A stretch of 64,000 nucleotides of DNA, from the NCBI RefSeq assembly GCF_009914755.1, contig NC_060928.1, one strand, 5' to 3'. Of the stretch, positions 1-20,254 are shown piece after piece (positions within the stretch are counted from its first letter, which is position 1; every line of letters begins with the position of its first letter). Both the position numbers and the translations under genes were made by a program. The notes below the pieces were generated by a model. The model saw only the letters and a program-made list of their open reading frames with translations, did not search any database and was not told where the DNA came from. This DNA is from the human T2T-CHM13v2.0 reference genome, Homo sapiens.

Positions 1-702
1 AGGAGTTTGGAAGAAGTTGAGTCCAACCCTCATGGATGACTTTGAGTGACTCAAGACTTCAGTGGAGGAAGTAACTGCAAATGGGGTAGAAATAGCAAGA
101 GAATTAGAATTACCAATGGAGATGGAAGATGTTACTGAATTGCTACAGTCTCCACCAGCCAAAAGATTATAACTTGCTGAAGGCTCAGATGATTGTTAGC
201 ATTTTTAGCAATAAACTATTTTTAAATTAAGATATGTACTTTTTTTAGACATAAAATGCTATTGTACACTGAATAGACTACAGTAAACATAACCTTTTTT
301 TTTTTTGAGATGAAATTTCACTCTGTCACCCAAGCTGGAGTGCAGTGGTGCGATCTCAGCTCACTGCAACGTCCATCTCCCAGGTTCAATTATCCTGCCT
401 CAGCCTCCCGAGTAGCTGGGATTACAGGCACGCAACACCACCCCTGGCTAATTTTTGCATTTTTAGTAGAGACAGGGTCTCACCATGTTGGCCAGGCTGG
501 TCTTGCACGCCTGACCTCAGGTGATCCACCCGCCTCGGCCTCCCAAAGTGCTGGGATTACAGGTGTGAGCCACTGTGCCCGGCCAAAACATAACTTTTAT
601 ATACACTAGGAAATCAAAAAAATTTTGTGACTTGCTTTATCACAATATTCACTTGATTGTGGTGGTCTGGAACCTAACCTGCAGTATCTCCAAGGCCTGC
701 CC
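1..702 (+). mobile_element. Tigger1 DNA transposon, 3' portion (internal deletion near 150; interrupted by an Alu)
   Basis: Matches remembered Tigger1 3' sequence (ccctcatggatgactttga..., gctgaaggctcagatgat..., ggtggtctggaacc...atctccaaggcctgcc at the terminal repeat). Confidence 0.85.
295..584 (-). mobile_element. AluS (Sx-like) inserted in Tigger1
   Basis: Full dimeric Alu antisense with poly-T at 295-307; TSD aaacataac at 285-293 and 586-594. Confidence 0.95.
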
Positions 703-716
703 ATACTACTTTTGTA

Positions 717-795
717 GTAGGTTGGTGCAAGAGTAATTGAAATTTTTCCATTACTTTCAGTGGCAACAGCCACAATTACTTTTGCACCAACCCAA
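717..795. mobile_element. MADE1 mariner-derived MITE
   Basis: ~80-bp palindrome taggttggtgcaagagtaattg...caattacttttgcaccaacccaa flanked by TA at 715-716 and 796-797. Confidence 0.9.
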
Positions 796-1447
796 TACAT
801 CTAATGATTTGAGTGATAGATATGAATTGAAAATATTCCAAGTGTGCTAGTATCCAAACTTGCAGGTCAGTATGAATAGAAAGGAACTTAGTCTTTATAT
901 CTATTTGGCCCGAGGTTCGAAAATCCTATGAAAGGGATCTTTTTGGCTCAGTTACCGTATCTTAGGGAGACAGGCCCAAGAATTTCCCAGAAGGAGGAGT
1001 TTGCTGTTGCTTTTGGCAAAGTGATCCAGGTAGTTTATATTGTCCTTTATTTGTGTGCTATTTTGAATAAGTAAATAAATAAGTCTGTATTTTTACATAT
1101 AAATATGTAGGTACACATATATTTATGTGTGTGTGCATATGTATACTCGCATATATATGCTATATATAGTTATATAATGTGTTTTATCACAATATTCACT
1201 TTATTGTGAATATATACATTTTACATACATATAAACACACATACACCCATTTTATACTCTTTCCATTTTTAAGACATTTTAATTTTAATTTTATGTTAAC
1301 AGTTGTTTCCATGGAATACATGTTTTAAAAGCCCATTTAGTTATTCAGAGCTTTGTACAGATGTGGATTTAAAAATACATATATGTAAAAAGGCTATTAG
1401 TCTGTTCTCTGTTTTATCTAAAAGAGGTGTTTTAATAGGTATCCCTT

Positions 1448-1642
1448 GTAGCTGGGACTACAGATGTGTACCACCACACCTGGCTAATTTTTTCTTTCAA
1501 TTTTTTTTTTTTTTTTTTTTTTTGTAGAAACGAGGTCTCACTATATTGCCTAGGCCAGTCTCTAACTCCTGGGCTCAAGTGATCCTCCTGCCTTGACCTC
1601 CCAAAGTGCTGACATTACAGGCATGGGTCACTGTACACATCC
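1448..1642 (-). mobile_element. Partial AluJ
   Basis: gtagctgggactacag...ctcctgggctcaagtgatcctcctgcc...cccaaagtgctg; left monomer plus part of right. Confidence 0.85.
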
Positions 1643-1949
1643 TAAGTGTTCTTTATTTTAAAATATTTCAGCTTCTACTCACCCCGAAATAGATGAACCA
1701 AACAGGGAAAAATTTTAGCATTTTTTATATGTAGATGATGGGCATAAATATGTGTGTTACATTTTTCTCTCCACTTTTCTAATTTGAATTTTTTAAGTAA
1801 TAAAATTTACCATACCATTTCCCTTACCATTTCTATTATCACAGATGGATTTAACATTCTCATTTTCATTTTTCTATGTGTACCCTATAGCCAGCAGTGC
1901 TTTGTATTTATTTCTCTTCTTTCCTTTCAGAAAAAAACATCATCTATAA

Positions 1950-2200
1950 ATAATAACTCTAATACCAAACATTTACTGGTTGCTTACTATGTTCCGTGTA
2001 TTACCTCAGTGATCGACTTGTATAAACTCATTTAATCTTCACAACACCCCTATTAAATAGGTAATAATATAATCTCATTTCATAGAGTAACAAACTGAGG
2101 TACAGATAAATTAAATGGCTTGTCCTAGTTCTCACGACTAATAATTGAAAGATTAGGGATGGGATCCTTTGCAATGTAGCTGTGTTGCTCAGGTTATTAA
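1950..2200 (-). mobile_element. MIR remnant
   Basis: Core motifs ctcatttaatcttcacaacacccct and aaactgaggtacaga. Confidence 0.7.
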
Positions 2201-2477
2201 CCAATAAACTATATTGCTTCTCTAGGACAGTTTATTTCAAATACATGAGAGTTCTCCATATGCAACAGTACATTACACAATGGACATCCGCATATATAAA
2301 TTGTTTAAAAAATATGTTAAGGCAATACAAATAATTACAGGATTGAAATAAATGTTAAAATGATAAGAAATTTTAATGGCTGAGGTTGTTTAGTTCGGAA
2401 ATGGTGTATGATCGCAAAAGCAGCATATATTTTATACTTCATATGAAGTCTTTTATTACTCATAGATGATAAGACTT

Positions 2478-2482
<5 letters not shown>

Positions 2483-2510
<28 letters not shown>
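2483..2510. repeat. (TG)n microsatellite
   Basis: Pure TG run seen directly. Confidence 0.95.
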
Positions 2511-2514
<4 letters not shown>

Positions 2515-5500
2515 TTTAGTGACCCAAATAAAATACCAACTCAATAAGCTATTGTAAGATACATAAAATTTTCAAAATTATTAATCAGGAATGTGAATAA
2601 TCTGCCCATTACCTCTGGGTTCAGAGAGGCCAGGACAGTGGGTTCTGAAGAAATTAGCATGATTTATTAGTAATTCCAAGTCGTATACATTTCAATTTAT
2701 CAGCATGACCTTGCCAAGTCTCTTTAAAAAGCTTCTAGTGTTCACCTTGAGTCTCTATTCTGCCTTGAACAGTGGTATAGTTTTGTGACCTTTGTTTCTC
2801 ATTTTAGTTTATACTTGCTACAACAGGTCAGTCTCTGGTTTCAACTTTCCTTTAGTCACAGGCTGAATTGATTGGAATATTTATGTTCAATGGACCAGAA
2901 TAATTTGTCCTTGGTCCTTTACTGAGGTCCTTAAAAGTAGCAATACAAAGACCAGGTTTATTTGATGAAAATGGGAGCAGAGACTTCTTATTCTAAGGCC
3001 AGTTCCTTAACTCTCTAGTGGGTGATGTTACACAAGACATTTAACTAAGGTTCAATGTTCTCATATTAAAATTTGGCAAAATGAGATGTACTCTGTTTGC
3101 TGTATAGAAATGCTGTCAGGTTCAAGTAAGACAAAATATTTTAACAGCTCCCACATCTGTTCATATTATATTATTGTGACTGATTTTTGTTAATATTCTT
3201 GTGTCCATTTTACTTTAAGCCTCTGCTGAAGTGCCTTTCTCTCAGAGGCAATATATCTTATTCTCAGAATATATATTATGTGTATCTATAGTTCATCTTT
3301 TTGATAATTTCTCAATTCTTAATGGTAATGCATTATTCACTTCACGGAGATAGTTGACTCCTACTATCTGTAAGTGCAACTATTGTTCTTGGTCTGAAAG
3401 CATTTCCTAAATTCTCAGGTGATGGGGCATATCAAAATATGGAAACCTGCACTTTACCTATCTTTCTAAAAGTGACCATTTGAAAATTAAATTGGTATTT
3501 CTAATCTGTGACAGACATGTGACTGAGCCCTATCCAAGTCTATTTAGACAAAATACACCTTGGCAGTTACAGCAAACATTGATCCACTCTCTCCATAAAA
3601 TATGTAGATAGTGTCTAGTTGTTGAACATTTCACCTCTTGGTACAGCTATGCTAATCTTCCTATGGGAGTTATAGATCTAGCACAGAATAAAAGAAATGG
3701 CAGTTTTTCAATAAGTGTTGAATAAATGGATGAAGAATAAAGTTTATATTTTAAGGATAGTCTTTTGGCTTCACAGATGATATTCATAGCAGTATTCAAG
3801 TTTTGAAGTGTAATCTTGAAGCTCTTAATGTGTAATATGATTCCAGTTATTAATTTAAGTTTTAGTAAAAATTTAATAATTTATAATGTATTTGATCCAT
3901 ATACGGTAGGGATGCCATTTCTGTAGGAAAACTGACATTTGATACATACACATAGAATGCAGTATTTACGAATGGTGAAGATGATACAAATTTGACTACA
4001 CCTTCGTTTCTTTCATTTGTGATAAATCCATTTTTATTTGACTCTTTTCTTTCTTCCTAAAACAGAAGAACATAAAATCTTTTGCCACTACTTACTCAGA
4101 TTACGCATCTACTGATATTCTCATTGGTGTCTAGGTAAGGTTATAGATTTTAACATAAAAATGATTTTGGATAAGAGTACATTTAAGCCTTAAGAAATCT
4201 GTTATGCAGGATTTGATTAATTATTTTCTACAGAATACTTAAGGCTACATCAAATGCACTGTCTAGGGGTACATCATTAGTTAAATGGAACACTGTTTTG
4301 TTATTTCAGTAAAAGTGATTCTAGATATTAAGAAAAAAACAAAATTATTTCTCCTCAAAGAGAAAAAAAAATTAGTTATCTAATGATCATATACAACAGC
4401 TTTATTAATTTCCATAATACTAACTGTAGTTTTTATTTCATTTTTGTAAGCATTTTTTCATTTTTGTAAGCACTTTGTAATACTGCAGTGAAGCAAACAC
4501 ATGTCATTCCATGGAGTATTTGACAAGGTCATTGCATCAAATAGCTTCTTGAATTTTTGCTTCTTAATTTTATTTGCTTGGTTTGATTTAAATTAAAAAC
4601 AAACATAAAAATTTTCCTTGCAGTTACTTATCATAAACAAAATGGCTTGGAAATACAGTTTATCATTTATCATAGAAAGGACAAAGATAAGTGTTAAAAA
4701 AACAACCCACTAAAATAACCATGACTGCAAAGTCCTGGCCTTAAAGGTTCTGTTTCTTTTTGTTTGACACAACTAGTCAAAACATCAGGCACTTTTTCCT
4801 CCCTGAACACTTTCAGGCTGTTTTCTCAATGTACTCATTGGTGTTTGCCAACTTGCTGATATAATTTACTGACAAAATACAGTGCTTTATTTTTTTTTTC
4901 AGTAAAATATTGGTCAAATTGTGTGTGTGAAATGACTCAACAAGTCCATTAAAGTGTCATTAATTTTAAATTCTGCCCGCACATACTCAGTTCATTAGCA
5001 TTAGGGATTTTAACGTTTATTTTTTAATATCTATCTGGGGAAAGTAATGAACCATAGCCTTACTTTTATCAAATAATTACATTTTCTGATTTTACAGTAT
5101 GAATGTACTAAATTAATTGCTTGTTAATGATTAATATATGTTTTGATTCACATATGATGTTAATTAAAATAATATTTAGGAATACGAAAACTATTTTCTG
5201 AAAAGTTGAATTCCAATATAATTATAATTTAAAAATGTAGTAGAATTTTTTGAGTTCCATTGTAGGATAATAGTAGAGCATGCTGGTGTTTTTCCACTGT
5301 CATATTAATGTATGTCTATTAAGGAATAAATACAACAAAGAGGAAAATAGGAAATTTGTTCTTGCAAGTTAACCAAATCCTAAAACTATTTAATGTATAT
5401 CAGTTTACCTATTTTTACAGGTATTTAAAATTACATAGTTGTAATATTCCTACGTTGGCTTCCTGCTTTCTTTAGTTTACACTGTGAGTATTTTAAAGAG

Positions 5501-5949
5501 TATTTTACATTTTCTATATTGACTGTGGTTTGATTTGTGCATCAAGTCAATTTTTGTAGCAATTTCATATTAATAACTGGCCAAATTTGGCCCCTGTGAA
5601 AATACATATATGTAAATTTTTTTGACACATATGAAAGTTATCTTCAACCAATAAACACTTTGATCTGTTTGGAAAAAGAAAAACATAAACTAAGTATCTG
5701 AGAAGATATTGTTTACTATATTTAAAATGGAACACTTCTATGAAAAAAAATCTAAAATAAATCACAAGCAGACACCTACATATGATATATGAAGGAAACT
5801 TCAAGGTTTAAATAAACAATATAGTCAGTGGTCAAGGTACAGGCCTTAGAATTAGAATGATTAATTATGAACAATTTATTTAGCTTCCCTATTCTAATAG
5901 GGAATTGCAAGTAGTTACGAGGGTGAAAGTTGCTGATCAAATATTTCTC

Positions 5950-7780
<1,831 letters not shown>

Positions 7781-8749
7781 TTTAAATCACATCGTACATA
7801 TTCAGCTCATAGGAAGCAATATTATGATGATGTTATTGATTTTATTATTATATATAGTGGTATGTATAGTACTGATTAGTCATTATCTGTAGTATTAATT
7901 TTTCAGCTGATGTTTCATCTCAATTGCATTTCTATGGAATAAAATGTCTTCTAAATTATCTACTGCTACACTCCTATTAGTGGAGAGGGACATCAGAGTG
8001 AGGGTATTTCTTTCTCTCATTCAATAGAATATATGAGAATTAGGACACAACACATATTCCTGAGAGGGATCTCAGAAGATAATAATCTATGCTTGATGTG
8101 GACATGAGAGCTAGAAAATTTCATGCTGTGATCTTAAGGATTTTAAATATTTCTGAGATAACTTTGACTACTAAAGCCAAACCAAAGAGCTATTTGTTAG
8201 AGGTAGGGGAACTAAAAGTGACCAAAATCATTAGAAAAGATGATATATGAAAAATTTCTAAAGATGTTGAGATTATTCAGTCTTAAGAAAAGTTGAGAAA
8301 TGTCCATCTTTAAGTGTATGTCAGACAGCACTGACCAAATAGTTTCTATAGCTACCAAAAAGAGAAGGAAGGAAATTACGCAGTGGTCTTTGGCTCAAAT
8401 TTAAAAAAATTCCGGCAAGTTATGGTTGGTAAACATGAGGATATGTTATTTAATAAAATATTTTCTTTTAATCTTTCATGGTAGTTTAAAAATAAAATAA
8501 AACTTCTTTCCTGGAATGAGTCAATGATCTAAACTCTAAGAAGGGTTTGCATTTTAGATGCAAAAACATAGCTGCTGAATGCAACATTTTTCAATGAAAT
8601 TTTAACAATAGCACATAACGAAGGCTAAAATCCTTTAGACATTTATTATCTATTTGTCATATACCACATACTAGAAATACAATACTTTTTAGTGTATGGT
8701 GTACTCTCAAATAGCCTTCCCCTAAAGCATGACAATGTCATATAAACAA

Positions 8750-9570
8750 CAGCAATAATAATAGCACCTGAAATTTATGTATCACATTCTTTAAGTAAGC
8801 ATGTGTCTGTGTTGTCTCACTTAGTCTTCAAAACAATACTGTGAGGTAGATACTACTATTATGTTTGTATTGCCAGTGAAGAAACTGAGGCTAGGAGGTA
8901 ATGCTACCCACAAAACACTATTAATCTAATAAGTACAGTGATGTAGTTAGGAGCACTTATGGCTCACTCCAAACCCTGTGCTCCTAGCCCCAGTGTTGTT
9001 CTTTCTAACAAGTGCTAGAATGCTGTGTGATGAGCATGCTATCAGCTGCGTGGGCTTGAATCCTTTAACAGCCCTTTGATTTCCTGTGACTTTTTAAATG
9101 TCTGTAGCTCTCATTTCTTACATTTATAAAGTGGGTTTAATAATAATAATTATATCATCTGTGAGATGATTTATGTGTAGAAAACAGTGTTAATATGCAT
9201 TAAGTGTAAGCCATCAGAGAAAAATAACAGCATCATGAGATGAGAGGGAAGCTTTGATTTGTCTCAGATTGCATGACTGTAAAAAGCATCATTGAAATAT
9301 CTGCTTTTGAGTTGAGCCTTAAAGTATAAATAACATTATACTAGTCAAAGAAAGTAAAGAGTAAAATGAAGTACTTTAAGGGTATGGCCTTTGGGGTTAG
9401 ATAGGCTTGATTTCTAGTCCAGGCCTTGTCAATTACAAATTAATTCCTAGACCTCCACAGGTACATCTTGAAATCAGGGCAGTAATGATATCCACTTTCA
9501 CGATATTGTGAAGATTAGATGAGTCACTGTAGGCAAAAGGCTAAGAGCAGTTTGTGGCACACAATAAAGG
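8750..9570. mobile_element. Cluster of MIR remnants
   Basis: MIR core motifs (gtgaggtagatactactatt...gaaactgaggct; ctcatttcttacatttataaagtggg; gtgaagattagatgag). Confidence 0.55.
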
Positions 9571-9903
9571 CAGCTATTTTTATTGTGAATTATCTGTATT
9601 TAGGACAAACACAATGGAAGCAATAAACAGTAAGACTTGAAAGAAAGAGAATAGGAGATGGTGAAGACTATGAAAGATTTTTGTCAATTAATATTAGCAA
9701 AAAAGTTTAAAATGTTAATATCACAGAGTTTTGTGTTTTTTAAATAAATAAGCATAAAGTATAAAACATGTATACTCAACCATAAAATTGAAGAAAAATA
9801 TTTAGAAACAAAGAAGATAAGAAATTATGAACTGTAGTATAACAGTTCTCTGAGGAAGGCTTTTTTTAATGATATAATCATATATATAAAAATATATATA
9901 TAA

Positions 9904-10208
<305 letters not shown>

Positions 10209-10232
10209 TGATACGATCGAATATTTGAAAAT

Positions 10233-10264
<32 letters not shown>

Positions 10265-10270
10265 TATATA

Positions 10271-10718
10271 CACTTGACCCTTGAATGACTCAGATGTTAG
10301 GAGCACCACCCCTCCACCTGTCCCCCAACCCAACACCATGTAGTTGAAAATCTGAGAATAACTTCTTCCTCCTCTAAAACTTAACTACCGATAGACTATT
10401 GTTGATTGGAAGTCTTACCATTAAGTTAAACAGGAATCAACACATATTTTATAGGTTAGGTATTGTATATTGTATTCTGAAAGTAAGCTGAAGAAAAGAA
10501 AGTGTTATTAAGAAAATCATATGAAAGAGATAATAAATGTACTGATTATTAACTGGAAGTGGATCATCATAAAGGTTTTCAGCCTCGTCTTCACATTGAG
10601 TAGGCAGAAGAAGAGTAGGGCTGTTCTTACTGTTTCAGGGGTGACAGGCAGAAGAAAATCCCAGTTATTATAAATGGACTCATGCAGTTCAAACCCATGT
10701 TGTTTAAGAGTCAAACTA
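10271..10718 (-). mobile_element. Tigger2a-like non-autonomous DNA transposon
   Basis: Terminal repeats cacttgacccttgaa ... tttaagagtcaaact, TA flanks, ~450 bp length. Confidence 0.8.
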
Positions 10719-11469
10719 TATAAAGTTTCATATATAGATGACTTTTTCATATAAATATATATGATTTTGAAAAAAAACCTTCTGATCACTTCTGCTGTAA
10801 TGTATCTCCATGTCTATTGCTAATGTATAGTTTTCAAAGCTTTGTATAGCCATTTACCAATGAAAATCTCATCGTCCTATATTTTGATTCAAAGCATACC
10901 ATATTGACACCAATGTCTCCTGAATATCCCTCAACTGACTTTTTCATGGGTTTAAAATCTGTGTTATTGATACAGCTGTCTAGCTTGAGGAACTTAAAAT
11001 ATTTCTTTTAGAACTTTACATTGAATAGACTGTGATGCTAAGATGGCAGTTTCTCTATTTAAGCAATATCTTAGATATGAGTAGCATTTGTCCTAATGTT
11101 AGTTTCAGGGAGATTATTGTAATATAATGAAAGCCCACAGTGCTCCTAGAGATGTCCTACCTTCCTACTGCTGTGGGTGGAATTTTCAGTTGTAATTACA
11201 GTCTTCCTTTCTAAAGCTCCAATTAATTGAAGTAAAAGCCGGTAATTTTTTTTTTTTTGGATTTTTAAATATTTGGTAGAGTTTGTTCTTCATTTACTCT
11301 GCTATATTTTTATCTGGTAGTGACACTCACTTGCTTCTTTTGAAATGGCTAGAGTTGTAAACACGTAGGTTATGATGCCCAACCTAATATACGCATGATG
11401 CTTATTTCTCTCCTTTTTGAGTATTGTAGATACATGTTGCTTTGCAGCTGTGCCATTTAGAAAGTCTCT

Positions 11470-11830
11470 CATGTTAAGAAAATGTTAACTTCCCTGAACT
11501 ACAGATTCATCATCTGTTAAATGGTGATAATGTTATTTACTCTATAAATTAGGATTTCAAAAAGGATGTACATATGAAACATCAAGTTAGCATTTAAGGC
11601 CTGACTAGCTGAACATGTTTTGTGCCAATTGTGTGCTAGAGATAGTTCTGGATAGTTTACTTGGATTTTTTTTTAATCTTTTCAGTAACGCTTTAAGGTA
11701 TCTCATAGTCCCGATTTTACAGATGAGTAAATTGAGGCAAAAGTACTTTAAGTAAGTTCATGCAGCTAATGTAAGAGGTAGAATTTGTAATCGAGCAGCC
11801 TGTGTCCAGAGCACGCACCTTTTGGGTTGT
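11470..11830. mobile_element. Two MIR remnants in opposite orientation
   Basis: ttcatcatctgttaaatggtgataat and cccgattttacagatgagtaaattgaggc. Confidence 0.6.
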
Positions 11831-11965
11831 TTACTGTTATGCATATATATTTTATATGTCATATATATAATCTGTGATAAATAATTGGTGGGCGTGGTCA
11901 AATAATAAATAATATATGCCGTCCTCTGGGTTTATCATAGTGAATGATCAATAAAACATGAAATA

Positions 11966-12267
<302 letters not shown>

Positions 12268-15200
12268 TTAAAAATCATGAAATATGAGTATATGGGCAAT
12301 ATATGTCGTGATTTATAAAAATTAATGGTATCACTGTATTGAGGATTTGGTTTGTTTTGCTTAAAAACATATTGTACTTCTTCACTGCTTTCATTTTTTT
12401 TTAAAACAAAACATTGGCCTTACTTTTTTAAAATATTTATTTATACAACTTTCTTCCACAGGGCTTTAAGCAGCTATTTATTTTTGTAGCACACGAAATA
12501 GCACACTGTCTAGAAAACAGCAGATTTAGAATAACTATTGTAAGATAAATGAATAAATAAGTAAATGAAGCCATTAACACGGACAGAGAATTAGAGAAGG
12601 ACATTCTAAATGTGAGTCACCAAATGTACAAACAGGTTGGAGTTAGAGATGAAGACAGAGCATTTGAGAGACAATAATCATCACCAAAATTCAGTAATAA
12701 TAGCAATGGTTACTGTAATGTTGTTTGTGGAGGTCTTTTCTCTTCGATAGTACCTGAACGTTAATGTCATTCAATGTCAACTTTTGAATGACTGTGGTAT
12801 GATATTTTAATAGATACGATAAATAATAATTCAGTGCTCATATTCTTAAAAGTTCTAACAATTGTGACAAACCTTAGCCTGAGGTTGAATTTCTAGAGGG
12901 ATCATTAAATACTAGGATATTCTCTAAAAGACAGAAAAAAATGCTTATCTGGAGAAGGGAATGGAAGATAAGTATTATAAGTTAATATCATTATGCCCAA
13001 GTCATAGAAAATGGTTATGACATTACGACTATAATGCAGATACATACTGCCCAGACATCTCTTTAGCCAAAGTTGGTTCTCTAAATAGGAAGATTTTAAA
13101 AAAATGAAATCATTGTTACTGAGTTTATTTGACTGGAAGATCACAAAAAAATTACAAAAAAAAAAAATTGAATACAATTTACCACTCAGAAGTTTAACTG
13201 ATTGTTCTAAAACATATAATGTAATTTTCTTTTGCTCTACTGAGACTGCTAAGGGGACCAATATCTTGGCAAGTGCAAAAGGCATAGAACACACTCCCAG
13301 CTAACAGAGGCTCTTGATGTTCAAGAGCATTTGGGCTAAACTATCTCAGAAAGAATTAGATCATTCATATATTGGAGGCAAGGGAAAGGTATCTGCCTTG
13401 GTGCCTCACTTACCCTGTGTTTTCAGGAGGCCTAGATATAGTTTGCAGCAGTGCTGCTGGATACTAGGAAGTCTCATCTTCAGTATCTGCTGAGGCTGGG
13501 GGTATGCCCCATGGCAGCCAATTTAAAATTGCTTCAGCTTCAAGAGGAAAAACAAATTTTAGAACACCTGAATCTCTGCAGGCAAATCTCTGAATATTTT
13601 CCTGCCTAAAGCATATAGCACTGTAGATCACCAGTTAGTATCTTTAGAATTGGCAACTATTAACTGAAAAATTAATTTTTCTTATTATCTCTCTCTCACT
13701 TTCAAATAACAGAAAAAAATGAGAATTTCTATTTGTATAGTTAGAATTCTATATAATACCTGCAACATTTTCAACACATGATGAATATAAATTGAAGAGA
13801 ATAATGATGAAAGGAGGAAAGATATTTATGGGGTTTAGAAAAGCTATAATCTTAATTTTCTTGTGAAGCATTGTTTCTCAACAAGTTATTTTTTTAGAAC
13901 TGGTCTGAACTAGAGTTTACAACTTACCTATAATTTTGTTTGGCAAAGATAAATGTTTAGGTATTCTGTGATATGCTAGATCCTTTCCTTGAAAATAGTA
14001 GATTAGTTTTAGGGAAAATTTCTGGCATTTAAATATTTTCTTTAAAAAAAAGAAATAATGGTCATTACTTGCTTTCTTTTAAAATAAGCATTCTCTTTCC
14101 AATATGTATACAGCCACCAGAGCTGCTGAAAAGGTTCTAGATTTCTATAAAGCCATGATTTTATGGAACATTTAAGTGGCAGTAATTTGGCTGGCTTTAC
14201 CATCAGCTGCATAAACATCAATGTCTATTGACACATTATAAAGGCACAAGTGGAGTATAGCCTGACATCCTGATGCCTGTGCTGAGGTTTAATAGTGCAT
14301 CTGTATCACTTTTCCCAGTGGGAAATAACAAGATGTTGCATTGTAATTTTTTACTACTGTATAATAAAATATAGCCGTAATAAATAGCATCTAAGCAAAT
14401 AAAGCGGATTTGGACCAAATCCATTTTGCCTTCATCACTTAGTATATAGCTCATGCTTTTAAGTAGTTGTGGATCCTAAATTGGCTTAATTGGATCAACT
14501 TGCATTTGACTGTCTTTGACTGCAGTGAAGTAGAGACAGATATTTTATTTTTATTTGCTATTTAATATTTAGGTAATATTTTTTAGTAAATTTGCTTTTG
14601 TATTCCATTGTGCTTATTAACAGTTTGTCTGGATTATGATGTAAATTGTGTTCCAATTAAGTTAGTTGACCTTTTAAGCTTATTATTGCTGTTGCTTTGT
14701 TATTTTTACTGTTATTCATATACCTAATGTTGATAATTGAATAGTCAAACCAAGACTGTTGTGTACTGTTAAGAAAGTTTACAATTGACTGTGAATGTCC
14801 TGGTAGTAGGAACAATATTTAACTCAGTTTTGTAGCACAGTTAGCTAGCCCCACTTTAGGTTTACTGTGGCTCTTTCTTTGTTTATTAGATTGATTATAG
14901 AATGAAAATGATTGTAAACAATGTTCTTTTGAAATCTAAATATATAAAAGTTTGCCTTTTATGTAATTTAATTTGTCATCCATTTTAATAGAAGTAAAAG
15001 TTAAAGTAGCACATTGAAATATTAAAATATTAAAAAGCTGCTGTCTGTTAGGAATTTTGCCAAACATTAGAAGAAAATAGCAAATTTGGGATGTACAAAA
15101 ATGATTTCAGACAAGTTTTTTAAAACTGTCGCTTTTTTTTTTATTTTTTTATTATTATACTTTAAGTTTTAGGGTACATGTGCACATTGTGCAGGTTAGT

Positions 15201-15358
15201 TATATAAGTATACATGTGCCATGCTGGTGTGCTGCACCCACTAACTCATCATCTAGCATTAGGTATATCTCCCAATGCTATCCCTCCCCACTCCCCCCAC
15301 CCCACAACAGTCCCCAGAGTGTGATATTCCCCTTCCTGTGTCCATGTGTTCTCATTGT

Positions 15359-19190
<3,832 letters not shown>

Positions 19191-19238
19191 TTATTTTGCT
19201 CGTTAGTTGATGCAGTTTCTTCCTAGTCTCGATGGTCT

Positions 19239-20254
19239 TTACATTTTGGCATGATTTTGCAGCGGCTGGTACCGGTTGTTCCTTTCCATGTGTAGCGCTT
19301 CCTTCAGGAGCTCTTTTAGGGCAGGCCTGGTGGTGACAAAATCTCTCAGCAGTTGCTTGTCTGTAAAGTATTTTATTTCTCCTTCACTTATGAAGCTTAG
19401 TTTGGCTGGATATGAAATTCTGGGTTGAAAATTCTTTTCTTTAAGAATGTTGAATATTGGCCCCCACTCTCTTCTGGCTTGTAGGGTTTCTGCCAAGAGA
19501 TCTGCTGTTAGTCTGATGGGCTTCCCTTTGAGGGTAACCCGACCTTTCTCTCTGGCTACCCTTAACATTTTTTCCTTCATTTCAACTTTGGTGAATTGGA
19601 CAATTATGTGTCTTGGAGTTGCTCTTCTCGAGGAGTATCTTTGTGGCGTTCTCTGTATTTCCTGAATCTGAATGTTGGCCTGCCTTGCTAGATTGGGGAA
19701 ATTCTCCTGGATAATATCCTGCAGAGTGTTTTCCAACTTGGTTCCATTCTCCCCATCACTTTCAGGTACACCAAGCAGATGTAGATTTGGTCTTTTCACA
19801 TAGTCCCATATTTCTTGGAGGCTTTGCTCTTTTCTTTTTATTCTTTTTTCTCTAAACTTCCGTTCTTGCTTCATTTCATTCATTTCATCTTCCATCGCTG
19901 ATACCCTTTCTCCAGTTGATGGTATCGGCTCCTGAGGCTTCTGCATTCTTCACGTAGTTCTCGAGCCTTGGTTTTCAGCTCCATCAGCTCCTTTAAGCAC
20001 TTCTCTGTATTGGTTATTCTAGTTATACATTCTTCTAAATTTTTTTGAAAGTTTTCAACTTCTTTTCCTTTGGTTTGAATGTCCTCCCGTAGCTCAGAGT
20101 AATTTGATCGTCTGAAGCCTTCTTCTCTCAGCTCGTCAAAGTCATTCTCCGTCCAGCTTTGTTCCGTTGCTGGTGAGGAACTGCGTTCCTTTGGAGGAGC
20201 AGAGGCGCTCTGCTTTTTAGAGTTTCCAGTTTTTCTGTTCTGTTTTTTCCCCAT
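19239..20254 (-). pseudogene. L1 ORF1, one frameshift near 19910
   Basis: MGKKQNRKTGNSK... (19880-20254) and ...ERVSAMEDEM...LQNHAKM (19239-19946) lie in different frames. Confidence 0.97.

Noticed and set aside
310-609. Alu-derived ORFs (also near 6.3 kb, 10.1 kb, 39.7-40.6 kb and 60 kb)
   Set aside because: Standard translations of Alu sequence.
4432-4480. 20-bp tandem duplication (also the 10-bp one at 7451-7470)
   Set aside because: Ordinary slippage duplications.
5579-5592. Palindrome ggccaaatttggcc containing a CArG box
   Set aside because: Palindromes of this length and CArG words are expected by chance; no supporting context.
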